Source of the DNA: Tolypothrix carrinoi HA7290-LM1
Lineage (GTDB): Bacteria > Cyanobacteriota > Cyanobacteriia > Cyanobacteriales > Nostocaceae
Assembly (NCBI GenBank): GCA_019358935.1
Contig: JAHHIK010000156.1
Span: 1-14,705, forward strand
Reading direction: 5' to 3'
DNA: 14,705 bases
The notes below the pieces were generated by a model. The model was not told where the DNA came from and ran no database searches. It saw only the letters and a list, made by a program, of their open reading frames with translations. Shown piece after piece: positions 7,211-14,705 of the stretch (the first letter of the stretch is position 1; each line of letters starts with the position of its first letter). The translations under genes and the position numbers were made by a program.

Positions 7211-9679
7211 ATGTTTGAACGCTTCACAGAAAAAGCCATTAAGGTAATCATGCTTGCTCAAGAAGAGGCACGCCGTCTTGGGCATAATTTTGTCGGTACT
7301 GAGCAGATCCTCCTGGGTCTAATTGGCGAAGGTACCGGAGTGGCGGCTAAGGTGCTGAAATCAATGGGCGTCAATCTCAAAGACGCTCGGATTGAAGTAG
7401 AAAAAATCATAGGTCGAGGCTCAGGCTTTGTGGCTGTGGAAATTCCGTTCACGCCACGGGCAAAGCGAGTTTTAGAACTATCCTTGGAAGAAGCGCGCCA
7501 ATTAGGACATAACTACATTGGTACCGAGCATCTGCTGTTGGGCTTGATCCGCGAAGGGGAAGGCGTAGCAGCCAGAGTTCTAGAAAACCTCGGTGTGGAT
7601 CTTTCCAAGGTGCGAACCCAAGTCATTAGAATGCTGGGAGAAACAGCCGAAGTTTCTCCAGGTGGTTCATCAGGTCGGACAAAAACGCCAACGTTGGACG
7701 AATTTGGCTCGAATCTGACCCAAATGGCAGTAGACGGCAAGCTCGATCCAGTAGTGGGACGCGCAAAAGAAATTGAACGGGTGATTCAAATCTTGGGTCG
7801 CCGCACCAAAAATAACCCAGTATTGATTGGGGAACCTGGTGTTGGTAAAACGGCGATCGCTGAAGGTTTGGCGACACGCATCTCCACCAAAGATATCCCC
7901 GACATCTTAGAAGATAAGCGCGTAGTCACTCTCGATATCGGTTTGCTCGTAGCTGGTACCAAGTACCGAGGTGAATTTGAAGAACGCCTGAAGAAAATCA
8001 TGGACGAAATTCGTCAGGCAGGCAATGTCATTCTCGTGATTGACGAAGTTCACACGCTTATTGGTGCAGGTGCAGCAGAAGGGGCAATTGACGCGGCAAA
8101 CATCCTCAAACCAGCTTTGGCAAGAGGTGAATTGCAGTGTATTGGTGCAACAACCCTTGATGAATACCGCAAACACATCGAGCGAGATGCAGCCCTAGAG
8201 CGACGCTTCCAACCAGTAATGGTAGGCGAACCGAGCGTTGATGAAACAATCGAGATTTTGTACGGACTTCGCGACCGTTACGAACAGCACCACAAGCTGA
8301 AAATCTCCGATGAAGCTTTAGTAGCGGCAGCGAAATTGTCCGATAGATATATTAGCGATCGCTACCTTCCAGATAAAGCCATCGACTTAGTTGACGAAGC
8401 AGGTTCTCGCGTCCGCTTGATTAACTCGCAATTGCCACCCGCAGCAAAAGAGTTAGATAAAGAACTGCGTCAGATATTGAAAGAAAAAGATGACGCCGTG
8501 CGCGGTCAAGACTTTGAGAAAGCTGGAGAATTGCGCGATCGGGAAATGGAAATCAAAGCCGAAATTCGGGCGATCGCTCAAAGCAAAACCAACGCATCCG
8601 GCACAGAAGGTTTAGAACCCGTCGTCACCGAAGAGGATATCGCCCACATCGTCGCATCTTGGACTGGAGTACCGGTGAACAAACTCACCGAATCCGAATC
8701 CGAAAAGCTGCTGCACATGGAAGATACCTTGCATCAGCGCCTCATCGGTCAAGAAGATGCTGTCAAAGCAGTTTCTCGTGCCATTCGCCGCGCTCGTGTC
8801 GGTTTGAAAAATCCTAATCGACCCATCGCCAGCTTTATTTTCTCAGGTCCGACTGGTGTTGGTAAAACCGAGTTGGCGAAATCCTTGGCGAGTTACTTCT
8901 TCGGTTCCGAAGAAGCAATGATTCGCCTAGATATGTCCGAATATATGGAGCGCCACACCGTCAGCAAACTGATTGGTTCGCCTCCTGGTTATGTCGGCTA
9001 CAACGAAGGCGGTCAGTTGACCGAAGCCGTGCGCCGTCGTCCTTACACCGTCGTGTTATTCGACGAAATCGAGAAAGCGCACCCAGATGTATTCAACATG
9101 CTGCTGCAAATTCTCGAAGACGGTCGGTTGACAGATGCCAAAGGTCGCACCGTAGACTTCAAGAACACCTTGCTGATTTTGACATCGAACATCGGTTCTA
9201 AGGTAATTGAAAAAGGTGCTTCCAGCATCGGCTTCGAGTTTGCGGATAACGCTGGCGAGTCGCAATACAACAGAATTAAGACTTTGGTGAACGAAGAACT
9301 CAAGCAATACTTCCGTCCAGAGTTCCTCAACCGATTAGATGAAATTATCGTCTTCCGTCAGTTGAGCAAGCCAGAAGTCAGCGAAATCGCTGAAATCATG
9401 CTCAAAGAAGTGTTTGGTCGCTTGACAGAAAAGGGTATCGTCCTAGAAGTCACCGATCGCTTCAAAGACCGCTTGATTACAGAAGGTTACAGCCCCAGTT
9501 ACGGTGCAAGACCTTTACGTCGGGCGATTATGCGCTTGTTAGAAGATAGCCTCGCTGAAGAAATTCTTTCCGGTCGCATCAAAGACGGTGATACAGCCGT
9601 GGTTGATGTCGATGAAAGCGGTACCGTGCAAGTTAGTGCAGGAGAACGTCGGGAATTATTGACCCCAGTAGCTGAGTAA
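7211..9679 (+). CDS. clpC: ATP-dependent Clp protease ATP-binding subunit ClpC
   Basis: Canonical MFERFTEKA start, two Clp-N repeats, Walker A motifs GEPGVGKT and GPTGVGKT, short UVR middle domain and IGF ClpP-docking loop. Confidence 0.97.
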   Translation: MFERFTEKAIKVIMLAQEEARRLGHNFVGTEQILLGLIGEGTGVAAKVLKSMGVNLKDARIEVEKIIGRGSGFVAVEIPFTPRAKRVLELSLEEARQLGHNYIGTEHLLLGLIREGEGVAARVLENLGVDLSKVRTQVIRMLGETAEVSPGGSSGRTKTPTLDEFGSNLTQMAVDGKLDPVVGRAKEIERVIQILGRRTKNNPVLIGEPGVGKTAIAEGLATRISTKDIPDILEDKRVVTLDIGLLVAGTKYRGEFEERLKKIMDEIRQAGNVILVIDEVHTLIGAGAAEGAIDAANILKPALARGELQCIGATTLDEYRKHIERDAALERRFQPVMVGEPSVDETIEILYGLRDRYEQHHKLKISDEALVAAAKLSDRYISDRYLPDKAIDLVDEAGSRVRLINSQLPPAAKELDKELRQILKEKDDAVRGQDFEKAGELRDREMEIKAEIRAIAQSKTNASGTEGLEPVVTEEDIAHIVASWTGVPVNKLTESESEKLLHMEDTLHQRLIGQEDAVKAVSRAIRRARVGLKNPNRPIASFIFSGPTGVGKTELAKSLASYFFGSEEAMIRLDMSEYMERHTVSKLIGSPPGYVGYNEGGQLTEAVRRRPYTVVLFDEIEKAHPDVFNMLLQILEDGRLTDAKGRTVDFKNTLLILTSNIGSKVIEKGASSIGFEFADNAGESQYNRIKTLVNEELKQYFRPEFLNRLDEIIVFRQLSKPEVSEIAEIMLKEVFGRLTEKGIVLEVTDRFKDRLITEGYSPSYGARPLRRAIMRLLEDSLAEEILSGRIKDGDTAVVDVDESGTVQVSAGERRELLTPVAE

Positions 9680-9704
9680 AATTTGAAATTTTAGAAAATG
9701 AAAT

Positions 9705-9738
9705 AACGGTAGAGGGTGAAAGTCCTCTACCGTTTTTT
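9705..9738 (+). terminator. Rho-independent terminator of clpC
   Basis: Stem AACGGTAGAGG / CCTCTACCGTT followed by a T run, 25 nt after the stop. Confidence 0.85.
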
Positions 9739-9829
9739 GTTTGAATATGTATGGGGTTTATAGTTATTATATTTTTCCCTGAATCGTAGGATTTAGCTAT
9801 TTTAAGTCGAAAAAACTTAACCCCTAATC

Positions 9830-10168
9830 ATGAGCGGAATTAATCGTCAACTTACCATTGATGCTAGACAAGTTGCCAAGCATATAGCTGGTACACCTCA
9901 AATGCAAAGACTTCTGAAAAGAGGACTTGCTGCTCATGTATTTAACGATGAAACTACAATGAATATAGTCGCTCAAGCCATAATAGAAAATGGGCAGTTC
10001 ACCGGAATAATTCGAGGGTATGAGCGTTATGGAATGTTTTTTGATGAACTAATAGGTTATAGAATTAGTCCAGATGGTAGCCGCATTCCACTTTATTATG
10101 GGGAGATAAAAATTAATGCAGACGACCAATACCACGTCATCCCCCGCACAAGACCTAGTGAAGAATAA
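9830..10168 (+). CDS. Putative stand-alone RNase toxin, Ntox50/DUF6972-like
   Basis: 112 aa with N-terminal Q-x-x-KHIxG, central IGYR...G and C-terminal YHVIP, resembling the polymorphic toxin 50 motif pattern as recalled. No signal peptide. Confidence 0.6.
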   Translation: MSGINRQLTIDARQVAKHIAGTPQMQRLLKRGLAAHVFNDETTMNIVAQAIIENGQFTGIIRGYERYGMFFDELIGYRISPDGSRIPLYYGEIKINADDQYHVIPRTRPSEE

Positions 10169-10385
10169 CTGGGAATTTACGGAAGTATGGATAGATCCAA
10201 TGTTATCCCCTCCATACATTCTTTTATTACTATGTGAGAGTGAGGGAAATTGTCAGATTTACGACCCGGCACAAAGTTATAAAGTTATATTTTCTAGTAA
10301 TAGTTATGATGCAGCTAAATCATGGTTACTAGAAGATGAATATGAACCAATTGAAGGTAGGCTGTTAGCTGCGGAATTAGTCTGA
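10158..10385 (+). CDS. Small acidic hypothetical protein, putative immunity/antitoxin partner
   Basis: GTG at 10158 overlaps the upstream gene end by 11 nt. 75 aa, acidic and aromatic (WLLEDEYEPIEGR). ATG 10116 is an alternative start. The function is inferred. Confidence 0.65.
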   Translation: MKNNWEFTEVWIDPMLSPPYILLLLCESEGNCQIYDPAQSYKVIFSSNSYDAAKSWLLEDEYEPIEGRLLAAELV

Positions 10386-10499
10386 AATTGATTCATTTGT
10401 CAGAGAAAGAAAATCAGGCTCGCCCTATTTGTCTTCTTGTTTAACCCAAAGATGAGCAGACGTGGAAAATTCAGTTTTAAGCCACAACAGATAATCAAG

Positions 10500-10529
10500 T
10501 AGAATTAGTACACACTAACAACAAAGGAG
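10500..10529 (+). promoter_or_regulatory. Candidate -10 box and ribosome-binding site for the protease gene pair
   Basis: TAGAAT at 10500-10505; AAGGAG at 10524-10529, 7 nt before GTG 10537. Confidence 0.4.
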
Positions 10530-10536
10530 CAAAGCC

Positions 10537-10809
10537 GTGCAAACCATACTCTTAAGCCGCGAAGAAGTTGCCCGACGTGCGAAAGAACTATACGAAAACA
10601 GCATTCGTCAACAAGTGGAAACAGAAGAAAACATCGGTAAGATGGTGATTATTGATATAGAAACAGGTGAATACGCGGTTGATAAAATAGGCATAGAATC
10701 AGCACATCTCTTGCGTAAAAATAACCCATTAGCTAGACTTTTTGGTATTCGTATCGGTTACAAGGTTGCTGTTTCCTTCAGTGGTGAAATGGAGCGTGAT
10801 TATCGGTGA
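10537..10809 (+). CDS. Small hypothetical protein of the type found upstream of clan AA proteases (DUF5678-like)
   Basis: 90-aa ORF with a good RBS, motifs GKMVIIDIETGEY and RIG, and a GTGA overlap with the protease gene. Confidence 0.75.
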   Translation: MQTILLSREEVARRAKELYENSIRQQVETEENIGKMVIIDIETGEYAVDKIGIESAHLLRKNNPLARLFGIRIGYKVAVSFSGEMERDYR

Positions 10810-11171
10810 TTTCTGGTATTGTCAAAAACGGACGTGCAACCGTTAATGTGATATTTCGACTGCCAAATCAACCAGATTTTACTATTGAGTTTGTTATCGA
10901 TACAGGTTTCACAGAGTATCTTTCCCTACCCCCAGAAGCAGTTAGTCTATTGGGGTTTTCTTTTGTATATGATATGTATGCAAATTTAGCTGACAATAGT
11001 AGTGTAATCTTGCCAGTACATCAAGCTACCATTATTTGGAATGGAGAAGAACGGGAAGTGAATGTACTTGCTACAGGACGGCTACCTCTATTAGGCACAG
11101 GTTTACTTGATGAGCATGAACTTATCATACAGTTTACCGAGGGCGGTTTAGTAACAATTGATGAGTTATAG
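10806..11171 (+). CDS. Clan AA (retropepsin-like) aspartic protease
   Basis: FVIDTGF catalytic motif, flap-like LADNS and C-terminal PLLGTGLL; single 121-aa domain. Confidence 0.85.
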   Translation: MISGIVKNGRATVNVIFRLPNQPDFTIEFVIDTGFTEYLSLPPEAVSLLGFSFVYDMYANLADNSSVILPVHQATIIWNGEEREVNVLATGRLPLLGTGLLDEHELIIQFTEGGLVTIDEL

Positions 11172-11202
11172 TTGTTTGCTGGATATATTAACTTTCTATA
11201 AG

Positions 11203-11238
11203 CAGCAATGAGAATTATTACCCCAAGGGGTTGAATAG
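11203..11238 (+). pseudogene. Orphan relic of a clpC-type 3' end
   Basis: CAG CAA TGA GAA TTA TTA CCC CAA GGG GTT GAA TAG reads QQ*ELLPQGVE-stop and aligns codon for codon with the live clpC end [15 protein letters not shown]. Similar post-stop sequence and a similar terminator follow. Confidence 0.65.
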
Positions 11239-11297
11239 GATTGAAAATTTTAGATTTTGGATTTGAGATTAAATCTCAGATTTTTAATTTTAAATTT

Positions 11298-11334
11298 AAA
11301 AACGGTGAAGGTATTGAAGCCTTTACCGTTTTTT
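11298..11334 (+). terminator. Rho-independent terminator similar to the clpC terminator
   Basis: Stem AAAAACGGTGAAGG / CCTTTACCGTTTTT with a T tail, preceded by short ATTTTAG/ATTTTGG-type repeats. Confidence 0.8.
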
Positions 11335-11493
11335 GTTGTTTACCGATACGACAATAACACAAACACTAGATAAATCTAACCTTATTCCTTTTACAACAAT
11401 TTCTGCTTCAGTGTTAGATCATGCTCTGTTTGCGGGAAAACTAAAAATAGGCGTTTAATGCAAACAGTTGACTAAGAGTTAGAAAGACCACAG

Positions 11494-13617
11494 ATGGGAA
11501 TTAGAAGCGTTTATAACTTTAGCGAAGTTGCAGGTCGTAGTCTTGATCTCTGGCGGCAGCTTATAGGTAGAAGGGTTACTCATAATCAATTTGGAGAAGG
11601 AATAGTTAAGGATATAAAAGGTGTTTGGTTAGATATATATGTCTCATTTAAAGCTCAACAACGAATTGACAAATTTGATAGATATCAATTTTTACGACAA
11701 TTCAGTGAAATAGATCCTCCTATTAATCTAATCTCACCCGAAGAAATGCGGAGACAGGAAAAAGAAGAAGAACAAAGGCGATGGCAAGAACAATATAAGC
11801 AAACTGAAGTAAAGCGTAGAGAACAAGATAAACTCTGGCTCCTAAAAATAGAATCAGAACGGCAGGAACACGCTCGTCGCAAAGCACAAAAACAGGCTTT
11901 ACTTGAAAAATTAAAAGACAAGTTTGAACAAAACTTTCTCAATGCTGACAACTTCTATCAAGCACAATGTACTGAACACATAACATTTAAAGAGTATGAA
12001 GCTGAAAAGTTTAATTATGTGCGATTGTGGGTAAAAAGCAACTTGAACTCTTCACCTGACCTTGAGCAAGCAGCAGCAATTGGTGCTGTTGAAGGTCATG
12101 TACAAGTAGTGGCTAGGGCTGGTAGTGGCAAAACTTCCACCTTGGTCAACCGAGCTTTATTTTTACAAAAACATTGCGGTGTCGCACCCAGCGAGATGTT
12201 GCTTTTAGCCTTCAATCGCAAGGCTGCGGAGGAGATACGAGAACGGCTTACTCTACAACTACAAAACTCTATTCCTCATGTAATGACTTTCCACGCATTA
12301 GCCTATGCTTTAGTTCATCCCGAAGAAAGCATTCTTTTTGACGAACCAAATGGTCACAAGCACCAAGGCAAGGCTCTACAGGCTGTGATTGATGAGTACT
12401 TACGCAACCCGATTTTTTATGAAAAAATTCGCGCTTTGATGATGGCGCACTTTCGTCAAGACTGGGAGCGTATAGTTTCAGGTGGCTATGATAAAAGTCC
12501 TGAAGAAATGCTCAGTTACCGTCGCTCATTGCAAAGAGAAGGGCTTGATGGAACTTACCTCAAATCTTACGGTGAGAAAGTAATTGCTGACTTTTTATTT
12601 GAACACAACATTCAATACAAATATGAGCGTAACTTCTGGTGGAATGGCATCAATTATCGCCCTGACTTTACAATTTATACTGGAGAAAATCAAGGGATAG
12701 TTATCGAATATTTCGGACTTGAAGGCGATCCAGATTATGATGCCATGTCGGCTCAAAAGCGCGAGTATTGGCGAAATCATCCTAACTGGCATTTTGTGGA
12801 ATTATCCCCCAGAACCCTCAGATTTGAGGGAGTAGAAGATTTTTGTGCTTTACTTAAGCGATGTCTGGAAAGTTACGGTATTAAATGCGATCGCTTGAGC
12901 GAAGAAGAAATTTGGAAGAAAATTAAAGTTAGAGCTATAGACCGCTTCACCAAAGTAGTAGAGGGATTTATTCAACGTTGTCGCAAACTTTCCCTCACTT
13001 CCGAAAAATTAGCCTCAATTGTTAATAATCATAACTGTGCTAGTGATGTAGAGGAGCCTTTCTTATATCTGGCACAAAAATTTTATAAGTCCTATCTGCA
13101 ACGTCTTCAGACAACAGGTGAGGAAGATTTTGATGGACTGATGCAAAAAGCTACGGCAATTGTTACATCAAAACAGACTATATTTCGTCGCAAATCTGGC
13201 GTTGGCGATCTAAAGTGTCTTCGATACATACTTATTGATGAATATCAAGATTTCTCAGAACTCTTCCATCATTTAATAGCAGCAATTCGAGAACAAAATC
13301 CTCAAGCACAATTTTTCTGTGTTGGTGATGACTGGCAAGCAATTAATGGCTTTGCTGGTTCCGACCTTCGCTTTTACCAGAATTTCGCGCAATTTTTCCT
13401 GCCTTCGCAAAAACTCCATATAGCCACTAATTACCGTTCAGCTACTTCAATTGTCGATATCGGTAATACATTGATGCAAGGATTGGGTACTCCTGCTCGC
13501 GCCGATAAAACTAAGTTTGGAATCGTTGAAATTGCTGAACTCGGACAATTTTATCCGCCTTCGGCGGAAGGCAGAAGGCAGAGGGCAGAGGGCAGAAGGT
13601 ATAAATTATGTCTTTGA
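11494..13617 (+). CDS. N-terminal fragment of the UvrD-family helicase (motifs Q to IV); the last ~21 aa are insertion-derived
   Basis: 707-aa ORF whose tail YPPSAEGRRQRAEGRRYKLCL is read from the repeat element. Confidence 0.7.
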   Translation: MGIRSVYNFSEVAGRSLDLWRQLIGRRVTHNQFGEGIVKDIKGVWLDIYVSFKAQQRIDKFDRYQFLRQFSEIDPPINLISPEEMRRQEKEEEQRRWQEQYKQTEVKRREQDKLWLLKIESERQEHARRKAQKQALLEKLKDKFEQNFLNADNFYQAQCTEHITFKEYEAEKFNYVRLWVKSNLNSSPDLEQAAAIGAVEGHVQVVARAGSGKTSTLVNRALFLQKHCGVAPSEMLLLAFNRKAAEEIRERLTLQLQNSIPHVMTFHALAYALVHPEESILFDEPNGHKHQGKALQAVIDEYLRNPIFYEKIRALMMAHFRQDWERIVSGGYDKSPEEMLSYRRSLQREGLDGTYLKSYGEKVIADFLFEHNIQYKYERNFWWNGINYRPDFTIYTGENQGIVIEYFGLEGDPDYDAMSAQKREYWRNHPNWHFVELSPRTLRFEGVEDFCALLKRCLESYGIKCDRLSEEEIWKKIKVRAIDRFTKVVEGFIQRCRKLSLTSEKLASIVNNHNCASDVEEPFLYLAQKFYKSYLQRLQTTGEEDFDGLMQKATAIVTSKQTIFRRKSGVGDLKCLRYILIDEYQDFSELFHHLIAAIREQNPQAQFFCVGDDWQAINGFAGSDLRFYQNFAQFFLPSQKLHIATNYRSATSIVDIGNTLMQGLGTPARADKTKFGIVEIAELGQFYPPSAEGRRQRAEGRRYKLCL

Positions 13618-13747
13618 TTCAGCCTTCTGGCTGGAGCCAACTGGGTATAAAACCCCACCGTCTACACGGTGGATTCAATCGGTTGGGGTTTGAATCCCCA
13701 TCCGATTGCTCCTTCAGCATAGCTGCCTCCTGCCCTCTGCCTTTCTT
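13552..13747. mobile_element. ~195-bp structured foldback (MITE-like) element interrupting the helicase gene
   Basis: Inverted heptamer arms (GGCAGA(A/G) units at about 13568-13599; CTGCCTCCTGCCCTCTGCCTT at 13723-13743) enclosing hairpins at 13618-13635, 13655-13672 and 13676-13708, plus a terminal hairpin TCCGCC-TTC-GGCGGA (13554-13568). It introduces a stop and a frameshift. Confidence 0.75.
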
Positions 13748-14635
13748 CAACCAACTCTAAAGGAGCAAGAGGAGCATCGAGGAGACAACATAACACCTGC
13801 CATATTGCGCTTAGTGGACAAGACTATCAAAGATGGCAAAAATGTAGTTTTACTCAGCCGCAAGAATAGTTTGCCTTGGTACGTTAATTACACAAACCGT
13901 ACATCAAGAGACGGCTCACTTGATAGTTTTCTACAATTGGTGCATTCCTATCTTCCCGAAGAATCAAGAAAGGCTGTAACTATATCAACTGCTCACAAGT
14001 ATAAAGGTCTTCAGAAAGATGTAGTTATAATACTCGATGCCGTCCCTCGTTGTTACCCATTAATACACCCCGATTTGATGTTCACTCGTGTTTTTGGTGA
14101 TAGTATTGAGCGTGTAGTTGATGAGGAACGCCGTCTTTTTTACGTTGCATTAACTCGTGCAGTAGAGCGCTTATTCATTCTCACCGAGACAAACAACTTG
14201 TCACCTTTCCTTGAAGAATTAAAGAGCAGGAAAAATATTACCTTACTGGATTGGTTAGATTACCCGCCTTTTGTTGGAACAATACAGCGCATTATTGTTA
14301 AAGTGGGTAATCAGATTGGACAAGGTACAAACGGCACTTTCACAATCAAAGACTTGCTCAGGGCTGAAGGCTATAGTTGGAACACAACTGGATGGCTTGC
14401 TTGGTGTCGCACCTATCCAGCACAGGACTTCTCAATAGAACAATATTTTGATAACGCTCAGTGGATTTCTCACGCTGCTGGAATCGAGGTGCGGTTTTAT
14501 GACGATTTAGAAAATATGCTGGCGATTTATCGTGTTGATCGAGGGCAATGTACTCCCGTCATTAACAATATTCCTGAATTACTCCCCTCCCACTCCAAGA
14601 TTACCTATAATAATGAGCAGGGTGTATTGTTATAA
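13706..14635 (+). CDS. C-terminal fragment of the UvrD-family helicase (motifs V and VI plus an extra C-terminal domain)
   Basis: Helicase-like sequence begins near 13748 (QPTLKE). The TTG start at 13706 lies inside the inserted element, so independent translation is unproven. Confidence 0.6.
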   Translation: MLLQHSCLLPSAFLQPTLKEQEEHRGDNITPAILRLVDKTIKDGKNVVLLSRKNSLPWYVNYTNRTSRDGSLDSFLQLVHSYLPEESRKAVTISTAHKYKGLQKDVVIILDAVPRCYPLIHPDLMFTRVFGDSIERVVDEERRLFYVALTRAVERLFILTETNNLSPFLEELKSRKNITLLDWLDYPPFVGTIQRIIVKVGNQIGQGTNGTFTIKDLLRAEGYSWNTTGWLAWCRTYPAQDFSIEQYFDNAQWISHAAGIEVRFYDDLENMLAIYRVDRGQCTPVINNIPELLPSHSKITYNNEQGVLL

Positions 14636-14705
14636 AATCTATGGTTGGTCGAACTGCAAAGTTAAGCGATCGCGCACTGGACTTAGAACGCTGGAAGAAG
14701 CTGTA

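Larger units (their letters stand above)
11494..14635 (+). pseudogene. UvrD/helicase IV-like SF1A helicase with an inserted nuclease-like domain, split by a repeat element
   Basis: Motifs Q (LEQAAAI), I (ARAGSGKT), Ia (AFNRKAA), Ib (TFHALA), II (IDEYQD), III (VGDDWQAINGFAGS) and IV (NYRS) are in the 5' ORF. Motifs V (STAHKYKGLQ) and VI (EERRLFYVALTRA) are in the 3' ORF. Removing 193 or 196 bp starting at 13552 restores a single frame of about 981 aa. Confidence 0.85.
1361..14673. repeat. Dispersed HIP1 octamers (GCGATCGC)
   Basis: Perfect copies found by eye at 1361, 1676, 2085, 2162, 3125, 5111, 5902, 6825, 7853, 8355, 8570, 12887 and 14666. Confidence 0.9.

Noticed and set aside
7258..9330. 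Several minus-strand ORFs within clpC
   Set aside because: Antisense shadows of a conserved gene with no recognisable motifs.
11685..12792. Minus-strand ORFs 11685-11951 and 12595-12792
   Set aside because: Antisense to the helicase with no independent evidence.
13552..13747. Group I/II intron or tRNA in the helicase insert
   Set aside because: No recognisable group I core, group II domain V or GUGYG start, or tRNA cloverleaf.
14683..14705. Possible 3' end of a convergent minus-strand gene (..QLLPAF-stop)
   Set aside because: Only about 7 codons are visible, too little to support a call.

Overview
Chromosomal window from a heterocyst-forming (Nostocales-type) cyanobacterium, judged from 13 perfect HIP1 octamers (GCGATCGC), STRR-type 7-9 nt tandem repeats and the conserved lysA-cdaA-uppS operon. 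From left to right: (i) the left end of an IS200/IS605-family element inserted after TTAC into the 5' end of a probable signalling gene that follows a FIST-domain gene; (ii) a core block with a J-domain protein, a DUF3143-like protein, uppS, cdaA, lysA (carrying an in-frame repeat insertion), rimI and clpC; (iii) an accessory block after clpC. The accessory block holds two small toxin/antitoxin-like gene pairs (a Ntox50/DUF6972-like protein with a partner, and a small protein with a clan AA aspartic protease). These pairs lie between the live clpC 3' end plus terminator and a second, orphan clpC-like 3' end plus terminator. They are followed by a UvrD/helicase IV-like gene with an N-terminal Tudor-like motif and an internal nuclease-like domain, split by a ~195-bp structured foldback element. 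All family assignments come from motif recognition by eye; no searches were run.
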